Of a DNA stretch of 64,000 nucleotides, positions 1 through 9,221 are shown one piece after another. The stretch is from an uncultured cyanobacterium. Its GTDB lineage: Bacteria > Cyanobacteriota > Cyanobacteriia > Cyanobacteriales > CAWCAG01. Under the pieces are notes generated by a model. That model had not been told where the DNA came from, made no database searches, and saw only the letters and a list, made by a program, of their open reading frames with translations. Within the stretch, counting starts at the first letter, position 1, and each line of letters begins with the position of its first letter. The position numbers and the translations under genes are program-made. The stretch is taken from the NCBI GenBank assembly GCA_963793425.1, contig CAWCAG010000005.1:288001-352000 (forward strand). The letters are read 5' to 3'.

Positions 1-46
1 TTCGATCATGAATATTTTTCTGACAAGTAAAATATACAACATCAAT

Positions 47-77
47 AACCCATTTTGGGTTTATCCCGATTTAGGTT
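47..77 (+). promoter_or_regulatory. Putative C-protein operator (two tandem imperfect palindromes)
   Basis: AACCCATTTTGGGTT (47-61) followed by ATCCCGATTTAGGTT (63-77), ~50 bp upstream of the XRE controller gene. Confidence 0.5.
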
Positions 78-126
78 ATAAGCTTGGGCTATCACTAATA
101 TGCTGCATAAAACAAGTTCTATTTAG

Positions 127-375
127 GTGGCTAAATCAGTCTTCAGCAAGCAATATAAAAGATTTCGAGAACTTCTTATTGAAGCCCGTAAGCTTGCTGG
201 ATTAACTCAAACAGAATTATCAAATAAATTAAACCGTCCCCAGTCATATGTATCAAAGTATGAACGTGGAGAACGTCGTCTTGACTTAATCGAATTTCTG
301 GAAATTATAGAAGTATTAAATATGAGTCCAATTACTTTTATTGAAAAATTGCTTGATCATCAATGGGAGAGGTAA
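127..375 (+). CDS. XRE-family HTH controller (C) protein of the RM system
   Basis: GLTQTELSNKLNRPQSYVSKYERGERRLD HTH; directly upstream of the REase. Confidence 0.85.
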   Translation: MAKSVFSKQYKRFRELLIEARKLAGLTQTELSNKLNRPQSYVSKYERGERRLDLIEFLEIIEVLNMSPITFIEKLLDHQWER

Positions 376-378
376 ACA

Positions 379-1053
379 ATTTTAATTAAGTTTACTGATT
401 TTAATACAGCAGATACAATCATTCGTGAATTTTATAACCCAGAGTGGAATGACATTATAGCCATCCTTTCTGGAATGTCTTTACATATCAAAGCTTCAGA
501 TCAAGCAGGTATTCAGGGAAATTTAATCTTCGATCCTGTTGGTACAAATCAGTGCATAAAAAATAACTTAGTAAATAAAGGATGGCAAGCAAATATTCCT
601 ATTCCGTCAGAATATAGATTTTTGGGTAAGGATATTGACTTTGGGAAAGCTGGCATAATTATTGAAAGCCAATTTTCTCATTATTCCTTTTTATTGAATA
701 ATACTTTACGTTCTGAGTTATTTTTCAAAGCTGGCACAGCCTTTGCCGGCAAAGCAACGAAACTAGTGGTATTAATTGCCAAAGCTAAAATGTTTCCTGC
801 ATCTAATAGTACTCTTTACTATGAGCAAGCTGTTCAACAATTGACAGCTTTGGCTGAATATCGAGTATTTGATGTACCAATTCGACTTATCGGCTTATTT
901 GAACAACAAAATACGACAATCGATGTAATTTGGACTAAGTATTCGTCAACAAGATATTCTAGAAAAGTGCAAACAAGAAAGAATCTTCAATGCCAAATTT
1001 CACCTGGAAAACTTACACACAGTCGCTGTCAGCTTCATATTATTAAAGAATGA
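379..1053 (+). CDS. BglII-like type II restriction endonuclease (probable ATT start; ORF track start 475)
   Basis: KASDQA, LIFDPVGTN, DIDFGK..ESQFS, FPASNSTLYYEQA, FDVPIRLIGL match BglII as recalled; frame open from 376. Confidence 0.85.
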   Translation: MLIKFTDFNTADTIIREFYNPEWNDIIAILSGMSLHIKASDQAGIQGNLIFDPVGTNQCIKNNLVNKGWQANIPIPSEYRFLGKDIDFGKAGIIIESQFSHYSFLLNNTLRSELFFKAGTAFAGKATKLVVLIAKAKMFPASNSTLYYEQAVQQLTALAEYRVFDVPIRLIGLFEQQNTTIDVIWTKYSSTRYSRKVQTRKNLQCQISPGKLTHSRCQLHIIKE

Positions 1054-1054
1054 A

Positions 1055-2149
1055 TTAGTCCCACAAATTTAATTGAATTTGTTGCTCAGTTTGTTTTGAT
1101 AAAGGTGTCTTTTTACCATTACCGTTAAGCTTTTTATCTATAGGTGGTGTTTCTCCACGTAGGTTAGCTGCAAAAACTGCTTCTTCATAAAGTAATCTTT
1201 CTTCCATTGCTTGTAAATGATATTCTTCTGGATATATCTTTGCTTTACTACGTTCTGATGGCTTTTTTGCTACTTGTACATCAAACTGAAATTTTTCAAT
1301 AGGCTCATTAGTTTGTTCTATGTAATCTCTTAGGGTTTTCAAGTTTGGGAAAAAACCATTTTCATCGGGTTTTTTACTCAAGCGACGTAAGGCAACTTGA
1401 TGATATTTTGATTCTAATTCTGCTCCCATAAAATACCGTTCATAACATGAAGCAACAACCGCTACTGTACCAGAACCCATGTATGGGTCAAAAACAATAT
1501 CATTCTTGTTAGTTGTAGCTAAAATAATTCGGGCGGTCATATCTTCTGGAAATTGGCAAGGATGTATAGTTTGTTCTTCATGATTATGTTTTACATTGCG
1601 GAATAACCAAATATCACCAGGATTTTTACCTTTAGGATTACAAGACAATTCCCCCTTTCGATTTCCCCGAAAATGTTTTTTGTTTTGGTACTTTTGCGGA
1701 ACTCTAATTGCATCTAAATTAAATGTATAGTGATCGGATTTAGTAAACCATAAAAGTGTTTCATGACGGCAAGAAAACTTTTTTCTTGCATGAAGTCCAT
1801 GTTGTCTCGCCCAAATGATACGATTCTTAGGAATTAATCCGCAAGATTCTAAAATAGGAAAAAAGCGAATATCGAGAGGAATTAACATTCCCTTATGAGA
1901 AAAAGCACCTACTTGCCAAAACAAGGAACCAGTACTTTTAAGAATGCGACTACACTCACGTAGTACATTAGTTTGTTGTTCCAAGTAAATCTCTAGTCCT
2001 TGTTTAGCTTCATATTCCTTACCTAAATTGTAGGGCGGAGACGAAAGCACTAAATCAACCGACTCATCTGGTAAGCTTTTGAGCAATTCTAAACAATTAC
2101 CCAGAAAAATCTCATTTAAAGGAAATTTACTTCTTTCATCTTTCACCAC
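1055..2149 (-). CDS. N4-cytosine (beta-class) DNA methyltransferase, cognate of the BglII-like REase
   Basis: SSPPY catalytic motif before DPYMGSGT SAM-binding motif; HPCQFP; convergent with R. Confidence 0.9.
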   Translation of the reverse strand: MVKDERSKFPLNEIFLGNCLELLKSLPDESVDLVLSSPPYNLGKEYEAKQGLEIYLEQQTNVLRECSRILKSTGSLFWQVGAFSHKGMLIPLDIRFFPILESCGLIPKNRIIWARQHGLHARKKFSCRHETLLWFTKSDHYTFNLDAIRVPQKYQNKKHFRGNRKGELSCNPKGKNPGDIWLFRNVKHNHEEQTIHPCQFPEDMTARIILATTNKNDIVFDPYMGSGTVAVVASCYERYFMGAELESKYHQVALRRLSKKPDENGFFPNLKTLRDYIEQTNEPIEKFQFDVQVAKKPSERSKAKIYPEEYHLQAMEERLLYEEAVFAANLRGETPPIDKKLNGNGKKTPLSKQTEQQIQLNLWD

Positions 2150-2280
2150 AACACCTGTTTTAAAAAACTATATAGTGAAATTATAAAACTAACTTTTTCT
2201 CTTACGCTAGCTAATTTTCTGGCAATATGAAATAGAAATAACGATATTGTACCTAAGCATTTTATCAAAGAGAGAAAAAG

Positions 2281-2316
2281 GGTTTTAGAGAGGGTGTATA
2301 ACTTTCTCTAAAACCC
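2281..2316. terminator. Hairpin, probable terminator of the EF-G remnant
   Basis: GGTTTTAGAGAG...TTCTCTAAAACC inverted repeat. Confidence 0.45.
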
Positions 2317-2340
2317 TAATCAAGTAAATTAAACATTAAA

Positions 2341-3390
2341 CTAAGGGGAAGGTCGATATCCTGACAACTCCATAGAAAAATTAGCCATTCCTTGGGAAAG
2401 GGAACGTAAATTTGTGGAGTAGCCGAACATCTCTTTTAAAGGAACCTCAGCCCGGATCACGGTGTAATCGTTCAAAACTTCTGAACCAATCAGCAAACCG
2501 CGACGGGATAAGAGATTGCCTTGTATCCTGCCCATAAACTCATCAGGAGTTTCTACCTCCACTGACATGATGGGTTCCAAAACAATTGGGCTTGCTTGGG
2601 CAAAAGCTTCCTCAAAAGCTTGTTTGGCAGCATAGCGGAAAGCTATATCCTTAGAATCTACAGGGTGATAGGAACCACCTTCCAGGATAACTTTGACTCC
2701 AACTACGGGATAACCTTGAAGATAGCCCGTTGCCATAGCATCAAGGAAACCCTTCTCACAAGCTGGGATAAATTGCTGAGGAATTGCTCCCCCCACAACC
2801 TTATCTACAAACTCAAAGTCCCCTTCATAAGGCTCTAGACGACCCGTAATATGGGCATATTGTCCGGGGCCTCCCAATTGTTTTTTGAACCTGTAGTCGA
2901 GCTTCGCCCCCTTAGTAATGCTTTCTTTGTAAGCAACTGCCGGCTGTCCAACATAAACTTGGGCATCATACTCCCGTTGCAAGCGTTCAAGGTAAATATC
3001 AAGATGCAACTCCCCCATACCAGAAATTAGGGTTTCTCCTCCTTCAGGGCTGCTACTAACGTGCAAAGTGGGGTCTTCTCGTCCAAAGCGGCTTAAGGCT
3101 TTGGATACCTGTATAGCATCTTCCTGAGTTTTGGGAGTAATTGCCAGGGTGATAACGGGTTCAGGAACAAACATTTCCTCTAAAGAAAGATGCAAATCCT
3201 CAGCACAAAGAGTATCCCCTGAAGCACATTCAAACCCTAACAGGGCAACAATTTTCCCTGCTTGTGCTGAATCAAGGTTTTCCCTTTCTCCTGCATGAAG
3301 CCGAATTAAACGGCTGACACGAACCGTTTTTTGGGTACGAGGGTTGAAGAGGGAATCGCCTTTTTGCAAAGTCCCGGAGTAGATGCGAAT
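2341..3390 (-). pseudogene. fusA: Elongation factor G paralog, domains II-V only; GTPase domain lost at the IS junction
   Basis: IRIYSG, ISGMGELHL, GSYHPVDS, LEPIM, EMFGYSTNLRSLSQG motifs; frame abuts the IS right end at 3391. Confidence 0.85.
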
Positions 3391-3410
3391 TTGACATCCT
3401 CCCCGACCTA

Positions 3411-3433
3411 TTCGCGCAGCGTTGCCGAAGGCT
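3411..3433. repeat. Short dispersed repeat (SDR-like) inserted in the IS right-end hairpin
   Basis: TTCGCGCAGCGTTGCCGAAGGCT; related sequence at 9105-9130. Confidence 0.55.
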
Positions 3434-3550
3434 AAGGTACGGGGATTCCCTATCTACCCAAACAACGACAGTTGCACGGGTTCTAGTTGGGTTGACGTTT
3501 CACAGGTTGCTGCTACAGTTGTAGTATAGCTGCCTACCTCCACGTACGTT

Positions 3551-3601
3551 TCTTGCTCCGCGTTCCCTTGCGCCTTTCGGCGGCGCGGGTTCGGTGCGCT
3601 T
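3551..3601 (-). repeat. ~51-bp GC-rich structured mini-insertion, variant copy
   Basis: Adds 17 in-frame codons KRTEPAPPKGARERGAR; shares CCCGCG..CGCAAGGGAACGCG..CAAG with 3710-3760. Confidence 0.7.
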
Positions 3602-3709
3602 TAGAGTCTCAGGGTGTCCCCCCGCGACTAAGATATTTACAGCAGCATTAACATCTCTATCATGGACTGCACCGCAGTTTAAACAAGTCCATTCTCTAAC
3701 AGAAAGTTC

Positions 3710-3760
3710 TACTTGGTGCGCGTTCCCTTGCGTCTTACGCCGACGCGGGGTCGCATCCGC
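3710..3760 (-). repeat. 51-bp GC-rich structured mini-insertion
   Basis: 44-bp core identical to 46586-46629; adds ADATPRRRKTQGNAHQV within the TnpB zinc finger. Confidence 0.85.
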
Positions 3761-4948
3761 TTTCTTCCCACCTCTAAAACCACACCCATGACATTTCTGG
3801 GTAGTCGGTTCCCATCTATCTATGACCCTCAATTCTCTGCCATACATGATTGCTTTAGCTTCTAATATAGTTCTAAAACTATCCCGTGCCTAAGTCACTT
3901 ATGGCACGGGATAGTTTACGATTCTTAACCATTCCCGATACGTTCAAGTCTTCTAAGACGATTGTTTGGTTTTCACGAATTATCTTGGTTGAGAGTTTGT
4001 GGAGAAAGTCTTGACGAGTATCTTTGATTTTGGCGTGTAATCTCGCTGCTCTTTTTCTGGCCTTTTCTCGCCTTCTACTACTTTTGGTATTCCTAGCTAG
4101 ATTACGTTGCAATCTTCTTAGACGCTTTAATCTTTTCTTTAAGGGTTTTGGTGCTTTAACTTTTTCTCCATTACTAAATGTGGCAAAGTTGGTTATTCCC
4201 AGGTCGATTCCTATTGAAGTGCCGTTATCTGGTAGTTTCTCTGGGTTTATTTCTACGACAAAGCTAATAAAGTATCTATCAGCACTATCTTTGATTACTG
4301 TTACAGAAGTAGGAATTGATGGTAATTCTCTAGACCATATCGGTTTGATGTTGCCAACTTTAGCCAGGTATACTTTGTTTCTTCTGAGTTGAAATCCTGA
4401 TTTGGTGAAGCTAGCAGCTTGCTTATTGCTTCGCTTTTTGAATTTGGGAGGCTTAATCTTGGTTCCCTTCCTTTTGCCTTGCAGCGAGTTAAAGAAGTTC
4501 TTATGTGCTGTAGAAAGGTTTTTTAATGATTGCTGTAAGGGTACTGCTGAGACTTGGTTTAGCCATTTCCTTTCTTCTGTCTTTTTTGCTTGGGTTAATC
4601 GTTTACATAAACTGTTGTGGCTTAAAGCTTTTCTACTACTTTTGCATAAAGCTAAAGCGTCGTTCCAAACTACACGAGTACAGCCAAACAGTTGAGCAAG
4701 TTTTTGTTTTTGCTCGATGTTTGGATAAAATCTGTATCTGTATCGTGCTTTCACTTTTTGGAGGCAAAGGCTCTGCTTTTTTCAATATTATACCGTGAGA
4801 GTGCAGAGCGAATCCGTCCTATAAGAACGGGGAACCTTAGACCTTTTTTGTTTTTGGTAAACCGGATTGGGTACAATACTTAATCGGCTTAAACATTTAC
4901 AATTCAGTTTCTCAAGAATAGCTAACGGGGGCAAAGGGTAGATATTGT

Positions 4949-5722
4949 CTACCTCTTAGCAATACCTGTTCCCTCTAAAAACTCTTGTATTTCCTTGTCG
5001 CTAAGACGGCAAGACTTTCCTTGAGTATCTTCTTCGGTAATCTCTAATTTAGAAGTAGCAACAGCAGCGAGGACGTGAGTTTGGCACTGCTGCTTTTGGA
5101 GAGTGGCTATTTCTTTTTCTAAAGACTCAATACGATCAACTAAAGCCCTAATTACAGCAGCTTCAGAGTCTGGCAAGCTTGCGTGTTCTAAAGGGCTTAC
5201 CTTAACTCCAGAGCGATAAATAACTCTGCCTGGAACTCCTACCACAGTACAATCAGAAGGTACATCTCTCAATACTACTGAACCCGCACCAATACGTACA
5301 TCGTCACCAATTTGGATATTACCCAAAACTTTAGCACCAGCACCAACCACAACATTTTCCCCCAGGCTAGGGTGGCGTTTGCCGCTTTCTTTGCCTGTTC
5401 CTCCCAAAGTTACTCCTTGATAAATCAAGCAGTAATCTCCAATGATGGCTGTTTCCCCCACAACAATACCCATACCATGGTCAATGCAAACGCCCTTACC
5501 CATTTGCGCCCCTGGATGAATTTCGATCCCTGTGAAGAATCTACCGAGGTGGGAAATAAAGCGAGGAATAAAGGGTATTTTCAGCTTATACAAGCTGTGG
5601 GCAAGGCGATGAAACAGAATTGCTTGTAAACCAGGATAGCAAAACAAGACCTCTAGCCAGTTACGGGCGGCTGGGTCACGTTCAAAAATGATCCGAAAAT
5701 CAGCGATAAGGGTAGATAGCAC
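4949..5722 (-). CDS. cysE: Serine O-acetyltransferase
   Basis: ERDPAARNWLEV, GIEIHPGA, GKRHP hexapeptide region. Confidence 0.95.
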   Translation of the reverse strand: MLSTLIADFRIIFERDPAARNWLEVLFCYPGLQAILFHRLAHSLYKLKIPFIPRFISHLGRFFTGIEIHPGAQMGKGVCIDHGMGIVVGETAIIGDYCLIYQGVTLGGTGKESGKRHPSLGENVVVGAGAKVLGNIQIGDDVRIGAGSVVLRDVPSDCTVVGVPGRVIYRSGVKVSPLEHASLPDSEAAVIRALVDRIESLEKEIATLQKQQCQTHVLAAVATSKLEITEEDTQGKSCRLSDKEIQEFLEGTGIAKR

Positions 5723-5824
5723 AGGTTTAGTTTGAGTACAGCCTATTGATTATTATCTTATCTAAAAGATGTAAGTTAGTGAACCATCAGCCTTTGACTC
5801 AAACTTCTCTCACCAAAAAACTCT

Positions 5825-6928
5825 TCAATTCCCTGAACTACTCAACAAACGCATATTTCCCCTCCTAGCGGGGGAAATGCTCTTCTTTCCACGTTTACTC
5901 TTCCATTTGCGGATAGAAGCAGCTACTTTGGCAATGTGGCGGTTTTGAATTTCTTGGGAACTTTCTTCTTGAGAAGAAGAGTCCTCGCTAGGGCGAGGTT
6001 GGATATTCATACATTCTCCTAGTTCCCTAACTGTCTGGGGGGCTTCTAAGGCAACTTTCAACGCAGAGATAGATTGATAGCGTTCAGGAAGAGAAATCTT
6101 CAACATCTTATCCAAAACTTGAGCAAAAGGATCACTCACATCCACCACTTCTCGCCATTTCATCTGTCCGGTGTGAAGATCGGTCTGGAAATCTAAGGGA
6201 GCTTTTCCTGTTAACAAATATAAGCAAGTCACCCCCACAGCATAGATATCGCTAGCAAACACAGGGCGTAAAGAAAATTGTTCTGGGGGGGCAAAACCTA
6301 CAGTACCAATAAAGTTAGTTGTTCCTCCCCGAATGCTACTATCCCCTGGTTGAGAGATTTGCTCTTTGACAGCACCAAAGTCAATGAGAACTAACCTACC
6401 ATCGTGTTTGCAACGTAGAATATTTTGGGGCTTGATATCTCGATGAATAACCCCGTGCTTGTGAACATATTCTAAGATGGGAATAATTTCCCCTAAAAAG
6501 TGCCTAACAAGATTTTCTGACATGGGGCCATAGCGTCTTATCAATCTGGCTAGGGTTAACCCATGGATATACTCTTGAACTAGATAAAAATCTTCGCCCA
6601 TCACAAAATAATCTAAGAGTAGAGGTATTTGGGAATGATGGCCTAAAAGGGAGAGAGTTTTGGCTTCTCTTTGAAAACGCTGGCGGGCTATTGCCAAAGC
6701 TGACTCATCACTAACCTTCGGACACAACTGCTTGATAACGCACTTAGGATTTCCTGGTAAAGAGGTGTCCCTAGCTAAAAAAGTGACTCCGAAGCCACCT
6801 CTACCGAGCAACCGTACCACTTCGTAGCGATCACGAAAAAGCTGTTTTTTACCGCACATTTGACCCAAGGCCGTTTTTTCAAAAACGTCTGAGTGGAAAG
6901 AAGAGAGATTCGCTGGAGGAAAATTCAT
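5825..6928 (-). CDS. Ser/Thr protein kinase (Hanks type)
   Basis: LGRGGFG, VIKQL, HRDIKPQN, DFG, GFAPPEQ. Confidence 0.92.
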   Translation of the reverse strand: MNFPPANLSSFHSDVFEKTALGQMCGKKQLFRDRYEVVRLLGRGGFGVTFLARDTSLPGNPKCVIKQLCPKVSDESALAIARQRFQREAKTLSLLGHHSQIPLLLDYFVMGEDFYLVQEYIHGLTLARLIRRYGPMSENLVRHFLGEIIPILEYVHKHGVIHRDIKPQNILRCKHDGRLVLIDFGAVKEQISQPGDSSIRGGTTNFIGTVGFAPPEQFSLRPVFASDIYAVGVTCLYLLTGKAPLDFQTDLHTGQMKWREVVDVSDPFAQVLDKMLKISLPERYQSISALKVALEAPQTVRELGECMNIQPRPSEDSSSQEESSQEIQNRHIAKVAASIRKWKSKRGKKSISPARRGNMRLLSSSGN

Positions 6929-7106
6929 AGCTTTTGAGGATGAGAAGCGAGGTTTGTTTGACCAAATATTAGGTATGCTCCTATTTGGTTTGGTAAGGTA
7001 AATATTCCTTTGGTAACAAAAATTTTGAAGCCAAAGGATGCTGCAAGGGATACTTAGTATTACTCATAGTATCGCTGAATTTTAGATTAAGAGCCAAAGA
7101 TTAATT

Positions 7107-7859
7107 ATGAACATCTATCCTAGACTAGAGAAGTTGTTTCAGCAACAAAAAGTCCTTAAAGTTATTAGTGGTTTAAATAACTTTGATCATCATAAAGTTC
7201 TGGCAGTGGCGAAAGCTGCCCAGGCTGGGGGGGCTAGCTTTGTAGATATTGCTGCTGATACAGATTTAATTGCTGCTGTAAGGCAAGAAATTGCTCTGCC
7301 TATATGTGTTTCTGCGGTGGAACCGGAGTTATTTGTTGAGGCGATCGCCGCTGGTGCTGATTTAATTGAAATTGGTAACTTTGATAGCTTTTATGCTCAA
7401 GGACGACGTTTTGAAGCCCCAGAAGTTTTGGCCCTGACCCGGAAAACTCGCTCTTTGCTTCCCAATGTTCCCCTTTCTGTTACCGTACCCCATATTCTTT
7501 CTTTAGATGAACAGGTTCAATTAGCAGAGGAGTTGGTGAAGGCTGGTGCAGATATTATTCAAACAGAAGGAGGTACTAGTGCTATTCCTAAGCATCCTGG
7601 TACTTTGGGTTTAATTGAAAAAGCTGCTCCCACTTTAGCTGCGGCTACAAGTATTTCTCCAGCAGTAGAAGTTCCTGTACTCTGTGCTTCTGGTTTATCT
7701 AATGTAACCATTCCTATGGCGATCGCGGCTGGGGCGGCAGGAGTAGGAGTTGGATCTGCGATTAATCAACTTGATAGCGAAGTGGCGATGGTGGCTGTTG
7801 TACGCAGTTTAGTGGAAGCTTTAGCTTCTGTTCGTCGTTCTAGTGCCTCTATTTCGTAG
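7107..7859 (+). CDS. ycf23: Ycf23/DUF561 family protein
   Basis: LKVISGLNNFD, EIGNFDSFY, IQTEGG motifs. Confidence 0.85.
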   Translation: MNIYPRLEKLFQQQKVLKVISGLNNFDHHKVLAVAKAAQAGGASFVDIAADTDLIAAVRQEIALPICVSAVEPELFVEAIAAGADLIEIGNFDSFYAQGRRFEAPEVLALTRKTRSLLPNVPLSVTVPHILSLDEQVQLAEELVKAGADIIQTEGGTSAIPKHPGTLGLIEKAAPTLAAATSISPAVEVPVLCASGLSNVTIPMAIAAGAAGVGVGSAINQLDSEVAMVAVVRSLVEALASVRRSSASIS

Positions 7860-7879
7860 TAAGTAATAGAGAATATATA

Positions 7880-7903
7880 GTAGGGGCAATCGATTGTCCC
7901 TAC
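7880..7903. repeat. REP-like GTAG hairpin
   Basis: GTAGGGGCAATCGATTGTCCCTAC. Confidence 0.5.
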
Positions 7904-8067
7904 ATAACTGTGGGCAATAAATTTCTCAACTTTACTCTGGTATAGCCTAGGTATATTTCAATAAACAATTAGCCATTAGCCGCTAGCCATTAGCAAATTC
8001 AGTAAAAAACCCGATTTAAAATCACTATATTTTTGAGCATACTAGAGTTAGACCATTTAATATACCC

Positions 8068-9102
8068 ATGAATATTTTGTCAGGGGAAAACAGACTAAAA
8101 GAAATTAATTCTTCTTCAGTGAGTGTTCTAGATTCCCAACCAGCTAAAATTCTGGTTGTAGATGATCATGCTTCTAGTCGTATGGCTGTGTCGGCTTTAC
8201 TATCAGTAGAAGGTTATGAGGTTATTGAACTAGAAAGCAGTAAGAAAGTTTTAGAATGTGTCATTGCCCAGAAACCAGACTTGATTTTGCTCGATGTAAT
8301 GCTTCCTGACTTAGATGGATTTGAGATTTGCAAGGGCATCAAAGCGAATGAAACTACAGCTTCAATTCCAGTTATTTTTATTACGGTACTTAATGATCGC
8401 AAAACCTATATTAAAAGTCTTAAAGCTGGGGGAGATGACTTACTGCCCAAACCTTTAGATCGCTTAGAACTGTCCACTAGGGTTAAATCTTTTATTCGTC
8501 AAAAGCGCCTTTATGAAGACCTTGATCATACTGAACAGGTACTCTTTTCTATTGCTAAAGCTATAGGAGAACGAGACAGCGATCGCAGTGAATCTTCCGA
8601 AAGACTAATTCAGCTAGCCCAATCTTTCGGAGAATATTTAGGACTTCCTTTAGCTGAAGTGAAAGATTTGATCAAAGCAATCTATCTCCACGACTTAGGT
8701 ACGGTAGGTATTCCCGATGCAGTCTTGCTTAAAGAAGGTACACTCACCCTCGAAGAGAGGAAACTGATTAACCAACACGTTCTCATTGGTGAAAAGCTTT
8801 GTCAACCTCTTAGGGATGTAGAAGGAGTTTTGCCTATTATTCGCCATCATCACGAACGATGGGATGGAGGGGGCTATCCTGATGGTTTAGTGGGGGAAGA
8901 GATTCCTTTATTAGCACAAATATTTCAAATTATTGATATTTACAATGCCTTAACTAGTAAGCGCCCTTATAAGCAAGCTTTCACTCCTCAACAGGCCCTA
9001 GAAATTATTCTGGAAGAAAAGGATAAGGGCTGGCGGAATCCTCAACTAGTCGCTCAGTTTACAGAATTTGTCCGTTCTATTTGGATTGAAGAAAGGGAAT
9101 AG
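8068..9102 (+). CDS. Response regulator with HD-GYP phosphodiesterase domain
   Basis: Receiver (ILVVDD, LLDVMLP) plus HD and HHERWDGGGYPDGL. Confidence 0.92.
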   Translation: MNILSGENRLKEINSSSVSVLDSQPAKILVVDDHASSRMAVSALLSVEGYEVIELESSKKVLECVIAQKPDLILLDVMLPDLDGFEICKGIKANETTASIPVIFITVLNDRKTYIKSLKAGGDDLLPKPLDRLELSTRVKSFIRQKRLYEDLDHTEQVLFSIAKAIGERDSDRSESSERLIQLAQSFGEYLGLPLAEVKDLIKAIYLHDLGTVGIPDAVLLKEGTLTLEERKLINQHVLIGEKLCQPLRDVEGVLPIIRHHHERWDGGGYPDGLVGEEIPLLAQIFQIIDIYNALTSKRPYKQAFTPQQALEIILEEKDKGWRNPQLVAQFTEFVRSIWIEERE

Positions 9103-9221
9103 GGTTCGCGTGTATGGTTGCCGTAAGGCTATAGTCAATAGCAAAAGTTTCTCTACTGAATCAAAAAATAAAGCGATCGCAAACTAGAATAATAGGTAAA
9201 CGAGACTTTTATATTGCTACT

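Larger units (their letters stand above)
3500..4754 (-). pseudogene. tnpB: RNA-guided nuclease TnpB, frameshifted at ~3880 and carrying two 51-bp insertions
   Basis: GIDLG RuvC-I, LEDLNVSGM RuvC-II, CxxC..CxxC zinc finger, DRDVNAAVNI RuvC-III split over two frames. Confidence 0.9.
3391..4880 (-). mobile_element. IS200/IS605-family element, tnpB only (IS1341-like), decayed; left end approximate
   Basis: Right end GAATCCCCG..TAGGTCGGGGAGGATGTCAA on the minus strand ending in TCAA at 3391; tnpB inside; no tnpA. Confidence 0.85.

Noticed and set aside
8..205. 65-aa ORF overlapping the C gene
   Set aside because: Overlaps the operator and the better-supported HTH gene; no recognisable motif
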